From contig JAXMDH010000037.1 in assembly GCA_046348915.1 (NCBI GenBank), positions 1,004 through 65,003 on the forward strand: DNA of 64,000 bases, given 5' to 3'. The translations under genes were made by a program, and so were the position numbers. Positions 33,772 through 44,113 of the stretch are shown here, piece by piece (the stretch's first letter is position 1; each line of letters starts with the position of its first letter). This DNA comes from Amaricoccus sp. Lineage in GTDB: Bacteria > Pseudomonadota > Alphaproteobacteria > Rhodobacterales > Rhodobacteraceae. The notes under the pieces were generated by a model, which worked only from the letters and a program-made list of their open reading frames with translations, had not been told where the DNA came from and searched no databases.

Positions 33772-34585
33772 CCGGGGCGTCCTCCGAGGCGCCGAGCAGG
33801 ATGCGCTCGGGGCGAGTGAAGATCTCGAAGCCGTCGTCGCGGGCGACGCCGACGACGGTGATCCCGACGGCGTCGGCGGTGCGGAGCGCGAGGGCGGTCG
33901 GGGCCGAGACCGCCGCGACCACGGGGACGCCGAGGACGGCGGCCTTCTGGACGAGCTCGACCGAAAGCCGGCTGGTCATTACGAGGATGCCCGCGCGGGC
34001 GTCGGTGCCGGCGCGGGCGAGGGCGCCGACGAGCTTGTCGAGGGCGTTGTGGCGGCCGACGTCCTCGCGCAGGGCGACGAGGCCTTCCGCGGGCGTCCAG
34101 AAGCCGGCGGCGTGGAGCGCGGGCCTCGCGGTTCAGCACCTGCGCCGGGCGAACCGAGGCCACGGCCGCGACGATGTCGGCGACTGGGAGGGTGCCGGCG
34201 GCTGCGACGGGCGGCAGGTCGGGGGAGCGCCGCCTCGAGGCTGTCGATGCCGCAGAGGCCGCAGCCGGTCGGCCCGAGCATGGCGCGCCGGCGGTCGGCG
34301 GCGCCGCGGCCGGCGCCGGGCGCGAGCCACATGCGCGCCTCGATGCCCGCCGCGTGCTCGACGACCTCGAGCTCGCGGATGTCGGCGGGGCGGGCGATCT
34401 TGCCCTCGGTCAGGCTGAAGCCGACGGCGAAGTCCTCGAGGTCGGTGGGCCCGCCATCATGACCGCGTGGGTGGTGCCGTCGTAGACGAGCGCAGCCGGC
34501 GCCTCCTCGGCACGATGCGCGCGCCGGGGCTTCCGCGGCCGCCGGCGACGCGGACGGTGGCGACGCGGCGGAGGACGCCGGGCAA
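33752..34585 (-). pseudogene. fdhD: Formate dehydrogenase sulfurtransferase FdhD/FdsC, frameshifted
   Basis: [46 protein letters not shown] found in shifting frames; start approximate. Confidence 0.85.
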
Positions 34586-34590
34586 GCCGG

Positions 34591-37450
34591 CTACTCCGCC
34601 GCCTGCGGTGCCGCGATGCGCCGGCTGCGGGCGCTGAAGCCGGCGTAATCCTCCTGCGCGTCGCGTCGGGCCGTTGGAGGGCGTCACCTGCACGGCGGTC
34701 ACCTTGTACTCGGGGCAGTTGGTGGCCCAGTCGGAGAAGTCGGTCGTCGCGACGTTCGCCCGGGTCATCGGGTGATGGAAGGTGGTGTAGACGACCCCCG
34801 GCGCCACGCGCTCGGTGATGAGCGCCCGCAGGCCGGTCTCGCCGGCGCGGCTTCTCACCGTCACCCAGCCGCCGTCGACGATGCCGCGCTGCTCGGCGTC
34901 GTGCGGGTGGATCTCGAGGCGGTCCTCGGTGTGCCAGAGGACGTTGTCGGTGCGGCGGGTCTGGGCGCCGACGTTGTACTGGCTGAGGATGCGCCCCGCC
35001 GTCAGGATCAGCGGGTAGCGGGGGCCGACCTTCTCGTCGGTCGGCACGTACTCGGTCAGCATGAAGCGGCCCTTGCCGCGGTGAAGTCGTCGACGTGCAT
35101 CACCGGAAACCCAGCGGGTGGTCGGCGTTGCAGGGCCACTGGATCGAGCCTTCGGCGTCGAGCTTGTCGTAGGTCACGCCAGCGAAGGTGGGGGTCAGGC
35201 GGGCGATCTCGTCCATGATCTCGGAGGGTGCGAATAGCCCCAGGCGAGGCCGACGGCGCGCGCTAGGAGCTGGGTGACCTCCCAGTCGGCGTAGCCGTTC
35301 TTCGGCGCCATGACGCGGCGGATGCGCTGGATGCGGCGCTCGGCGTTGGTGAAGGTGCCGTCCTTCTCGAGGAAGGTGCAGCCGGGCAGGAAGACGTGCG
35401 CGTAGTTGGCGGTCTCGTTGAGGAAGAGCCAGACGACGACGCAGTCCATCGCCGCAAGGCCGGCCGCGACGTGGGTCTGGTCGGGGTCGGACTGCAGGAT
35501 GTCCTCGCCTGGATGTAGAGGGCGCGGAAGCTGCCCTCGACCGCGGCGTCGAGCATGTTCGGGATGCGCAGGCCCGGCTCGGCATCGAGGGTGCAGTTCC
35601 AGGCCTGCTCGAAGAGGCTCCGCGTCGCCGCGTCGGAGATGTGGCGATAGCCGGCGAGCTCGTGCGGGAAGCTGCCCATGTCGCACGCGCCCTGCACGTT
35701 GTTCTGCCCGCGCAGCGGATTCACGCCGACACCGGGACGCCCGATGTTGCCGGTCGCCATCGCGAGGTTCGCGATCGCCATGACGGCGGTCGAGCCCTGG
35801 CTGTGCTCGGTGACCCCGAGGCCGTAGAAGATCGCGGCGTTGCCGCCGGTCGCGGCCGGCTCGCCGCGCACCAGCGGCGCCTCGACGCCGGTGTACTCGG
35901 CCATCGCCTCGGGGCGTTCTTCGGGTCGGCGATGAAGGCCGCCCATTCGGCGAAGGCTTCCGCGTCGCAGCGCTCGCGGATGAAACGCTCGTCCACCAGC
36001 CCCTCGGTGACGATGACATGCGCCATCGCGGTCAGGAGCGCGACGTTGGTGCCCGGCTTCAGCTGCAGGTGATAGGCCGCCTCGACGTGCGGCGAGCGGA
36101 CGAGATCGATGCGCCGCCAGGTCGGCGACGATGAGCTTCGCGCCCTCGCGCAACCGCTTCTTCATCCGGCTGGCGAAGACGGGGTGGCCGTCGGTCAGGT
36201 TCGCCCCGATGACGAGCATCACGTCGCAGGCCTCGACGCTGTCGAAGTCCTGCGTGCCGGCGCTCTCGCCGAAGGTCGCCTTGAGGCCGTAGCCGGTCGG
36301 CGAGTGGCAGACCCGGGCGCAGGTATCGACGTTGTTCACGCCAAACCCCGCCGGATCAGCTTCTGCACCAGGAAGGTCTCCTCGTTGGTGCAGCGCGACA
36401 GGTTATCCCGCCGACCGCCCCGGCGCCGTGCTCGGCCTGAATGCGGCGGAAGTCGGCTGCGACCCGCGCGATTGCCTCCTCCCAGGTCGTCTCGCGCCAG
36501 GGGTCGGTGATCCTGTCCCTGACCATCGGGTTCAGGATGCGCTCGCGATGGGTCGCGTAGCCGTAGGCGAAGCGGCCCTTGACGCAGGAGTGGCCGCGGT
36601 TGGCCTTGCCGTCCTTCCACGGCAGCATGCGGACGACCTCCTCGCCCTTCATCTCGGCCTTGAAGGCGCAGCCGACGCCGCAATAGGCGCAGGTGGTGAT
36701 CTTCGAATGCTCAGGCGTGCCGATGTCGGCCAGTGCCTTCTCGACCAGCGATCCGGTCGGGCAGGACTGCACGCAGGCGCCGCAGGAGACGCATTCGGAG
36801 GCGAGGAAGCCTTCGTTCATCCCGGCTACGATGCGGCTGTCGAAGCCGCGGCCCTCGACGGTCAGCGCGAAGGTGCCCTGGACCTCCTCGCAGGCGCGGA
36901 CGCAGCGATAGCAGACGATGCACTTGGCCGGATCGTAGCTGAAGTATGGGTTCGTCCCGTCCATCGCCATGTGCAGCGGGTTCTCGGCGTCGAAGCACTC
37001 GGCGGCGACGTGGTTCGACCCCGGTGCGAACCGCACCTCGGTAAGACCGGCGGCGGCGGCCATCGCCGGCATTGCCGAGAAGGCGGCGGCGGGGTCGGTC
37101 AGCGTGTGGTCGGGGTGGTCGGAGGCGTAGAGCTCCATGACGCCGCGGCGAAGGCGCGCGAGCTTCTCGGTCTGGGTGTGCACGACCATGCCCGGCGCCA
37201 CCGGCGTGGTGCAGGACGCGGGCGTGCCGGCGCGGCCGTCGATCTCGACGAGGCAGAGCCGGCACGAGCCGAAGCTCGCCAGCATGTCGGTGGCGCAGAG
37301 CTTGGGGATTTCGGTCCCCATCTCCATCGCGGCGCGCATGATCGAGGTGCCGGCGGGGACGGTGACGGGCTCGCCGTCGATCGTGAGCGTCACCCTCTCC
37401 TCGGCCGTCGCCGCCGGGGTGCCGAAGTCGATCTCGCGGATCAGGGTCAT
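34591..37450 (-). pseudogene. fdsA: NAD-dependent formate dehydrogenase alpha subunit, multiple frameshifts
   Basis: [72 protein letters not shown]. Confidence 0.9.
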
Positions 37451-37455
37451 GGGTC

Positions 37456-39024
37456 TTACTCCGCAGCGTTCGGAAGCGGGCTCGCGCCGCCGAAATCCTC
37501 GGGGAAGTGGGTGAGTGCGCTCATCACCGGATATGGGGTGAATCCGCCGAGCGCACAGAGCGAGCCGAACTTCATCGTGTGGCAGAGGTCGGTGACGAGC
37601 GCACGCATGGCGGCGGGGTCGTCGCCGGCGATCAGGCGGTCCACCGTCTCGCGGCCGCGGACGGCGCCGATGCGGCAGGGGGTGCACTTGCCGCAGCTCT
37701 CGATGGCGCAGAAGTCGAAGGCGAAGCGCGCCTGTCGTGCCATGTCGACGGTGTCGTCGAAGACCACGATCCCGCCGTGGCCGATCAGCCCGTCGCGGGC
37801 GGCGAAGGCCTCGTAGTCGAAGGGGGTGTCGAAGAGCGCGGGCGGGAAGTAGGCGCCGAGCGGGCCGCCGACCTGGACGGCGCGCACCGGGCGGCCGGAG
37901 CGGGTGCCGCCGGCGATGCCCTCGACGATCTCGCCGAGCGTAAGCCCGAAGGCGGTCTCGTAGAGGCCGCCTTGCCGGACGTTGCCGGCGATCTGGATCG
38001 GCATCGTCCCGCGCGAGCGTCCGACGCCGAAGTCGGCGTAGGCCTGACCGCCCTCGGCGAGGATGAAGGGGACGGCGGCGAGCGAGAGAACGTTGTTGAT
38101 GACCGTCGGACGGCCGAAGAGGCCCTTGTGCGCGGGCAGCGGCGGTTTGGCGCGGACGAGGCCGCGCTTGCCCTCGAGGCTGTCGAGGAGCGACGTCTCC
38201 TCGCCGCAGACATAGGCGCCCGCGCCCTGGCGGACCTCGAGGCGGAAGGCGTGCGTCGTGCCGGCGATGCGGGCACCGAGCATGCCGCCGGCGGTCGCCT
38301 GCTCGATCGCGGCTTCGAGGGCGGCGATGGCGTGCGGGTACTCCGAGCGGACATAGACGTAGCCGCGGGTGGCGCCGGTGGCGATGCCGGCGATCACCAT
38401 GCCCTCGATCAGGCAGAAGGGGTCGCCCTCCATGACCATCCGGTCGGCGAAGGTCCCGCTGTCGCCTTCGTCGGCGTTACAGACGATGTATTTCTGCGGG
38501 CCGGGGGCGTCGGCGACGGTCTTCCACTTGATGCCGGTCGGGAAGCCGGCGCCGCCGCGGCCGCGGAGGCCCGAGGCGGTGACCTCGGCGAGGGTGGCCT
38601 CCGGGCCGATCTCGATGGCCCGCGCGAGACCCTTCCAGCCGCCGTTGGCGGCGTAGTCGGCGCGCGACAGCGGGTCGGTGAGGCCGCAGCGGGCGAAGGT
38701 CAGGCGGGTCTGGTCTGCGAAGAAGGGGATCCGCTCGACGGGACCCACGGCCTGCGGGTGAGCGACCCGGGCGGCGCCGCGGCCGTCGGCGAGCGCCATG
38801 ACGAGGGAGACGGCGCCGTCGTGGTCCAGGGGGCCAAAGCCGTGGCGGACGCCGGCGTCCTCGATCTCGACGAGCGGTTCCAGCCAGAGCATGCCGCGCG
38901 AGCCCGTGCGGGCGATCGCGACGTCGATCCCGGCGCGGCGGGCGGTGCCGCGGATCGCCGCGGCGACGGTGTCGGCACCGCAGGCAACGGCGGCGGCATC
39001 GCGGGGGACGAATACCCGGATCAT
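37456..39024 (-). CDS. fdsB: Formate dehydrogenase beta subunit (NuoF-like)
   Basis: GLRGRGGAGFPTG, CNADEGDSG, GAGAYVCGEET, ESCGKCTPCRIG. Confidence 0.95.
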   Translation of the reverse strand: MIRVFVPRDAAAVACGADTVAAAIRGTARRAGIDVAIARTGSRGMLWLEPLVEIEDAGVRHGFGPLDHDGAVSLVMALADGRGAARVAHPQAVGPVERIPFFADQTRLTFARCGLTDPLSRADYAANGGWKGLARAIEIGPEATLAEVTASGLRGRGGAGFPTGIKWKTVADAPGPQKYIVCNADEGDSGTFADRMVMEGDPFCLIEGMVIAGIATGATRGYVYVRSEYPHAIAALEAAIEQATAGGMLGARIAGTTHAFRLEVRQGAGAYVCGEETSLLDSLEGKRGLVRAKPPLPAHKGLFGRPTVINNVLSLAAVPFILAEGGQAYADFGVGRSRGTMPIQIAGNVRQGGLYETAFGLTLGEIVEGIAGGTRSGRPVRAVQVGGPLGAYFPPALFDTPFDYEAFAARDGLIGHGGIVVFDDTVDMARQARFAFDFCAIESCGKCTPCRIGAVRGRETVDRLIAGDDPAAMRALVTDLCHTMKFGSLCALGGFTPYPVMSALTHFPEDFGGASPLPNAAE

Positions 39025-39491
39025 GCGAGCAGGCCGTCGATGACGGCGTCTAGGCGCGCGGGATCGAGGCGGCCGACGACCTGGCCGTCGACCATTGCCG
39101 AGGGACCGGTGGCGCAGAGGCCGAGGCAGTAGACGGCCTCGAGGGTGACGCCCTCGGGGCTGGTCGAGCCGCAGGCGGTGCCGAGGCGCTCCTCGGCACG
39201 GGCGACCAGCGCCTCGCAGCCGACCGACTGGCAGGCCTCGGCGCGGCAGAGCTTGAGGCTATGGCGGCCGGCAGGGTCGTGGCGGAAGTCGTGGTAGAAG
39301 GTGACGACGCCCCAGACCTCGGCGCGCGACAGGTTGAGCGCGGCGGCGATCACGGGGAGCGCATCGCGCGGCACATAGCCCCAGGTGGCCTGGACGTCGT
39401 GCAGGATCGGCATGAGCGGGCCTTCGCGGCCGGCATGCCGCCCGACGATCGCCAGCGTCTCGGCCTCGCTCCAGTCGGCGGTCCGAGCCAA
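39021..39491 (-). CDS. fdsG: Formate dehydrogenase gamma subunit (NuoE-like)
   Basis: SRAEVWGVVTFYHDF, CRAEACQSVG, YCLGLCATGP. Confidence 0.94.
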   Translation of the reverse strand: MARTADWSEAETLAIVGRHAGREGPLMPILHDVQATWGYVPRDALPVIAAALNLSRAEVWGVVTFYHDFRHDPAGRHSLKLCRAEACQSVGCEALVARAEERLGTACGSTSPEGVTLEAVYCLGLCATGPSAMVDGQVVGRLDPARLDAVIDGLLA

Positions 39492-39576
39492 TCCTTCCTC
39501 CCGGGTCGTTCCCCCGGATAATCGGCCAGCCTGACCCGGGGTTCAAGGCCCCGAACGTCATCCTTCCGTCGGAGCC

Positions 39577-39607
39577 GGAAGCCGCGGGCGCAGCACCCGC
39601 GGCTTCC
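39577..39607 (-). terminator. Stem-loop immediately after orphan leuC tail 1
   Basis: GGAAGCCGCGGG-cgcagca-CCCGCGGCTTCC 12-bp perfect stem; no U-tract. Confidence 0.6.
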
Positions 39608-39823
39608 TCACATGATCTCGCGCACGTCCGTCAGCCGGCCGGTGATCACCGCGGCGGCGGCCATGGCGGGCTACAGCAGGTGCGTGCGGCCGCCGCGGCC
39701 CTGGCGGCCCTTGAAGTTGCGGTTGGACGTCGAGGCGCATCGCTCGCCGGGAGCGAGCTGGTCGGGGTTCATCCCGAGGCACATCGAACAGCCAGCCATG
39801 CGCCAGTCGAAGCCGGCCTCGAT
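39608..39823 (-). pseudogene. leuC: Orphan copy 1 of the leuC 3' end (71 codons plus stop, with an internal TAG)
   Basis: [70 protein letters not shown], colinear with 44114-44329. Confidence 0.95.
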
Positions 39824-39861
39824 CCAGGCCAGCTCCGATGCTCGGGGCGGCAACCGGCCCC

Positions 39862-40509
39862 TCACGGGTTGCCGGGGATCATCCGCTGGTACGACGTCCG
39901 CGTCGCGGGGGGCGCCCGCCGAAGGCTGCGAATGATCGCGTCCGCCTCGCGGTCGAAGCTCGCCGACTTGGGCTGCTCGGGGTCGCGTGTCTCGGAATAG
40001 ATGAGGTGGAGAATAGCAACCAGATCCGAGCTCTCGGAATAAGTCGCGCAGATCACGCCGTCGAAGTCGTTCGCGAAGGCGGCTGCCGCGCCGGACAACG
40101 AGTATCTGAGGCATTCTCGGAAGCCCAGGGCATCGGCCCTGCTCGCGTCGAAACGGGAACTCGCGCTCGTGGCCTTCCAGCTTGAACCGGTCGCCCTCGA
40201 CCAGAACTCGTCGTGGTAGGCGCGGAGCAGCGACTTGAAGTCGTCGAGGGTGCTTTCGGTTGCTGAGATCTCTACCCCGTAAAGTGCGGCCACGTCGGCC
40301 GGTTTCGCCGCGACGGAGTCGAGTGCGATGCCCATCGATCTTCCGTCGATCGTGAACTGGCAACTGCCACCGCCCTGGTTGGCCGGCAAAGCGCAGCCTG
40401 CCGGCACCGCAAACTCGAAGCCCGACAGCTGCGTGCCGCCTTCACGCGCGGCGCAGCCGCTGAGCGTCCAGGCGACCACTCCCGAAACAACGAAAAGGCG
40501 AGAGAACAT
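39862..40509 (-). CDS. Predicted lipoprotein A1 (four-paralog family, unknown function)
   Basis: Lipobox TLSG|C; four further Cys; C-terminal [16 protein letters not shown]...[10 protein letters not shown]. Confidence 0.8.
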   Translation of the reverse strand: MFSRLFVVSGVVAWTLSGCAAREGGTQLSGFEFAVPAGCALPANQGGGSCQFTIDGRSMGIALDSVAAKPADVAALYGVEISATESTLDDFKSLLRAYHDEFWSRATGSSWKATSASSRFDASRADALGFRECLRYSLSGAAAAFANDFDGVICATYSESSDLVAILHLIYSETRDPEQPKSASFDREADAIIRSLRRAPPATRTSYQRMIPGNP

Positions 40510-40564
40510 TTCGTACCCCGAGTTGAGCGCTCTGCGGGAGTACCCTATTCAGAGCCCGCTGTAT

Positions 40565-40578
40565 TTGATCGAGATCAA
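40565..40578. promoter_or_regulatory. FNR/FnrL/FixK-type box
   Basis: TTGAT-cgag-ATCAA perfect consensus in the divergent intergenic region between lipoproteins A1 and B1. Confidence 0.65.
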
Positions 40579-40652
40579 TGAAGGTGGGTACAAAATTCGA
40601 TCAAATCATATACTGGCCTCGGCGTGATTACGTTGGGAGAAGGGGGTTAATC

Positions 40653-41231
40653 ATGTCCACTTCGAAGGCGCTCCCTGTCGTCGTGCTCGCGGCATTCGCG
40701 GCGGGCTGCGCGACGCCGGCACTTCAGTCAAACGGGGTGACCGGGCTGGCGGGCACCTATGCCATCACGCCACCGAGCGCATGCGCGATGCGCTCGGAAG
40801 GCAAGAAGGCGTTCTGCATGCTGGGCCCCGGCGGTCCCGAGGGCGGTGCCATGCTCGCTGTGAAGAGCGACCGGTTCACGCCGCAGCAGGTCGCGGCGAC
40901 GCCCGACTGGGACGCGTGGATCCTGCAGAACCAGGCCGTCAACTTCACGTCCGAGATCGAGGTGGTCGAGGTGCGCGGCGCCGAGGAGGCGGCGACCGCA
41001 GCGCGGATCGGAGCGGTGCGGTGCCTCTCGCTCCACATGCACCTCCGTTCGGTTCTCCCCGACGCGGACGACGCGTCGATGACCTGCGTCTTCACCGACC
41101 TGGCGAGCGGCAGCATCGACACGGTCGGAGCGGACTACATCGAATTCCGCCCGGACCCCGCGCGCCCGAACGCCGGCTTCGAGGAAAGAGCCAATCCCTT
41201 CATCCACAGCCTGCGCCGCACGTCGGGTTGA
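40653..41231 (+). CDS. Predicted lipoprotein B1
   Basis: MSTSKALPVVVLAAFAAG|C lipobox; same Cys pattern; ends FEERANPFIHSLRR. Confidence 0.82.
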   Translation: MSTSKALPVVVLAAFAAGCATPALQSNGVTGLAGTYAITPPSACAMRSEGKKAFCMLGPGGPEGGAMLAVKSDRFTPQQVAATPDWDAWILQNQAVNFTSEIEVVEVRGAEEAATAARIGAVRCLSLHMHLRSVLPDADDASMTCVFTDLASGSIDTVGADYIEFRPDPARPNAGFEERANPFIHSLRRTSG

Positions 41232-41342
41232 GGCCCGTGTTCTCTCTCATCCGGATTAACGATGCTCGTAGGCTCTTCCAAGCCATCTGAAGCGCATTTT
41301 CCGGCTTCGACGTTCGATTCTGGCCAGTGTGGGGAGGGAACC

Positions 41343-41921
41343 ATGTCCACTTCGAAGGTGCTTCCCGTCTTTATGCTTGCGACGTTCGCGGCGGCGTGCG
41401 TGGCGCCGACGCCCCCGACGAACGCCGTAAGCGGATCGCTCGGGACCTATGTCATTGCGCCACCGAGCGGCTGCGCGATGCAGCCGGCAGGTCAGGGCAA
41501 GGAGTGCATGTTCGGGTCGGGCGGGTTGAGTATCGGCGTCGGCCTGGGAGTAGATCAGCAGCGGCTGGAGCCCTCCGAGGTCTCTTCATACACACAGCAG
41601 AATTGGGAAGACTGGCTGCTCGCGTATAGAACCGTCAAAGAACTCGGGAGCGGCGTCCAGTCGACTGGAGTCCGCTTCGTCGTAGAGGAGGCTGTCGCCG
41701 CGCAGGTCGGCGCCCAAAAGTGTCTGTCGCTCTACGGCCGTCTCCAAGACCTCGACAACTCCACGATCACCTGCGCGGTCTCCGATCCGGCGAGCGGCAA
41801 GGTCGATGTGGTCGCAGTGGGCTATGCCGAGGGGCGGCAAAACCCGGCGCGCGAGAACGACGGCTTCCTCGATCGTGCTGCTCCCGTCCTGCGCAGCCTG
41901 CGCCGAGAGGCCGCGCCGTAG
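41343..41921 (+). CDS. Predicted lipoprotein B2 (tandem paralog of B1)
   Basis: MSTSKVLPVFMLATFAAA|C; GGGGAGGG RBS; ends FLDRAAPVLRSLRR. Confidence 0.82.
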   Translation: MSTSKVLPVFMLATFAAACVAPTPPTNAVSGSLGTYVIAPPSGCAMQPAGQGKECMFGSGGLSIGVGLGVDQQRLEPSEVSSYTQQNWEDWLLAYRTVKELGSGVQSTGVRFVVEEAVAAQVGAQKCLSLYGRLQDLDNSTITCAVSDPASGKVDVVAVGYAEGRQNPARENDGFLDRAAPVLRSLRREAAP

Positions 41922-41937
41922 CACGGCCGAAACGTCG

Positions 41938-42078
41938 TCACACCATGTCGCGGACGTCGGTCAGCCGGCCGGTGATGGTGGCGGCAGCGGCCATGGCGGG
42001 CGAGAGCAGGTGGGTGCGCCCGTGGCGCTGACGGCTCTTGGACTTGCGTTTGGAGGTCGATGCGCTGCGGCCGCCCGG
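41938..42078 (-). pseudogene. leuC: Orphan copy 2 of the leuC 3' end (more degenerate)
   Basis: [46 protein letters not shown] versus Leu[48 protein letters not shown]. Confidence 0.9.
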
Positions 42079-42089
42079 GACGCGGCCGC

Positions 42090-42935
42090 TCACGGGTTGC
42101 CGGGTATCACCCGCTGGTACGACGTCACCGGCACGATGGGCGCCCGCCGGAGGGTGCGCAGGAGGTTGTCGGCTTCGCGATCGAATGTCCCCGCCATGGG
42201 CTGCTTGCGGGGGCGCAACTCGAGGTACGCCACGTGCGCGACCTTCAGGATGCCCGTGTCCGCGTTGTAGTTGACGCAGATGACGCCGGCCTCGTCGGTG
42301 GCGAAGCCGCGGATGTCGAGGCCGCGCGCGTAGCGCAGGCAGTCGTCGAACCCGCCCCTCGCCGCCTGGCCCGCGTCGATCCGCGCGGTGGACCTCGCCA
42401 CGCGCGCGTCCGGGCCGGCTTCCGCCGCGCCGGCCAGGTAGGTGCCGTAGAACCTCCGCAGCACCTGGCGGAGCTGCGGGTGGATATCCCCGGTCGGCGA
42501 GATCGCCACCCCGGCGACCAGTTCCGGCGGTCCGGCGGTGCCGGCCAGCACGATCCGCAGGTGCCGCCCCGCGGTGCCGAAGTTGCAGAACTCCGTGCCC
42601 TCCGTGCCCTGCGGGCCGGCGTGCGGCCTGCATTCGGCCGGCAGGTCGATGGCGAAGTCCTCGCCCGGAAGGGCCGAAGCGGGCGCCGCATCCCGAGGGA
42701 CGCAGCCGCCGAGTATCCCGAGGATGCCCGTCACGGCCACTGCCAGCCCTAGACTCACCCCGACCACCCCATTGCCCGACCCTCGCCGGTTGCGCGGCGA
42801 AACCCCGTTCCCCAATGTATAGGCTGAATCGAAACCGCGGCCCTTGCGCTGGGTCAAAGTTCTCGCGCGGGAGAGCGATTGTTTCTGGACAAGGCTAGAG
42901 CGACGGGGACGACGCGGCAATGACGTGCGTTTCAC
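42090..42935 (-). CDS. Predicted lipoprotein A2 (paralog of A1; true start probably near 42815 or further in)
   Basis: Lipobox ILGG|C; same Cys pattern; C-terminal [16 protein letters not shown]...[10 protein letters not shown]. Confidence 0.78.
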   Translation of the reverse strand: MKRTSLPRRPRRSSLVQKQSLSRARTLTQRKGRGFDSAYTLGNGVSPRNRRGSGNGVVGVSLGLAVAVTGILGILGGCVPRDAAPASALPGEDFAIDLPAECRPHAGPQGTEGTEFCNFGTAGRHLRIVLAGTAGPPELVAGVAISPTGDIHPQLRQVLRRFYGTYLAGAAEAGPDARVARSTARIDAGQAARGGFDDCLRYARGLDIRGFATDEAGVICVNYNADTGILKVAHVAYLELRPRKQPMAGTFDREADNLLRTLRRAPIVPVTSYQRVIPGNP

Positions 42936-43004
42936 CGTCCCGGCGAGCGGCAGCGTCGATACGGTCGGCGGGGACTACGCCGGTTTCCGCCGGGACCGCG
43001 CACG

Positions 43005-44024
43005 CTAGAGCGAAACCCGAGCTAAGTGAATCCTGGGGATTCCAGGCGCAGGTTCTGATTCAAGCTGTCTGCCGGAGGGGAGGCCGGCAGGCATGTCGAA
43101 AGCGCTCTCAGTCGACCTTCGCACACGGGTCCTCGTGGCGGTCGCCGCGGGGGCGACGCATCGCGAGGCGGCGGCGCGGTTCGGGGTGAGCGCGGCGAGC
43201 GTGAGCCGGTGGCGGCGGCTGGAGCGGGAGAAGGGTGACGTTCGACCCGGACCGCTCGGCGGAGATCGCCGCTCGGGCCGGATCGAGGCCAGCCGAACTT
43301 GTCCTCGGTCTGCTTGCCGAGACGCCGGACAGCACGGTGGAGGAGCTGCGGGCGGCGCTGGCCACGCGCGGCCACGTCTTCGGCTACGGCACGCTGCAGC
43401 GGTCTTCGCCCGCCGCCGGATCACGCGCAAAAAGGCGCACGCCAGCGAGCGGATCGCCCCGACGTCCTGAAGCGGCGCGAGGCCTGGTTCGAGGCGCAAC
43501 CCGACCTCGATCCCCGGCTGGTCTTCATCGACGAGACCTGGGCGAAGACCAACATGGCCCGCACCCACGGCCGCGCCCCGCGCGGCGAGCGCCTGCGCGT
43601 CGGCGTGCCGCCCGTCACTGGGCCACGGTCGTCGCCGCTCTGACGCTCCGCGGCAGGACGCGCCCTTCGTCCTCTCCGGTCCCATCAATCGCGACGCCTT
43701 CAGGCCTACGTCGAGCGGCTGCTCGTCCCCGAGCTCCGGCCCGGCGACATCGTCGTCATGGACATTTCGAGCCACAAGGGGCCGAAGGTCGGCCGATCGA
43801 GACGCCGGCGCGAGCCTGCTCTTCCTCCCGCCCTACAGCCCCGACTTCAACCCGATCGAGAATGCCTTCGCCAAGCTGAAGGCCCTGCTTCGCAAGGCCG
43901 CCGAGCGCACCGTCACCGGTCTCTGGCGCGCCATCGGACGCATCGTCGACACCTTCAGCCCGCAGGAGGGCCAACTACTTCGCCGCCGCAGGATACGATG
44001 CAAACTGATCGGATTCCGCTCTAG
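43005..44024 (+). mobile_element. IS630-family element with both TIRs; transposase frameshifted
   Basis: Ends CTAGAGCGAAACCCGA / TCGGATTCCGCTCTAG with TA at both ends; MSKALSVDLRTRV, LVFIDETW, LPPYSPDFNPIENAFAKLK. Confidence 0.92.
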
Positions 44025-44113
44025 AACGACGGCTTCGAAGCGCCGGCCGCGCCTGTCCTTCACAGTCGACGCCGCGCGCCGTGGTAGTACCCGCTTTTCG
44101 GCCGACGCAAGGC

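Noticed and set aside
34591-37450. Selenocysteine or programmed recoding in fdsA
   Set aside because: The active-site region reads CARVCH with Cys codons; the breaks are scattered indels, not an in-frame TGA with SECIS.
42895-42902. Extra CTAGAGCG 110 bp left of the IS630
   Set aside because: Only 8 bp match the TIR and similarity does not extend; the same octamer occurs by chance at 23263.
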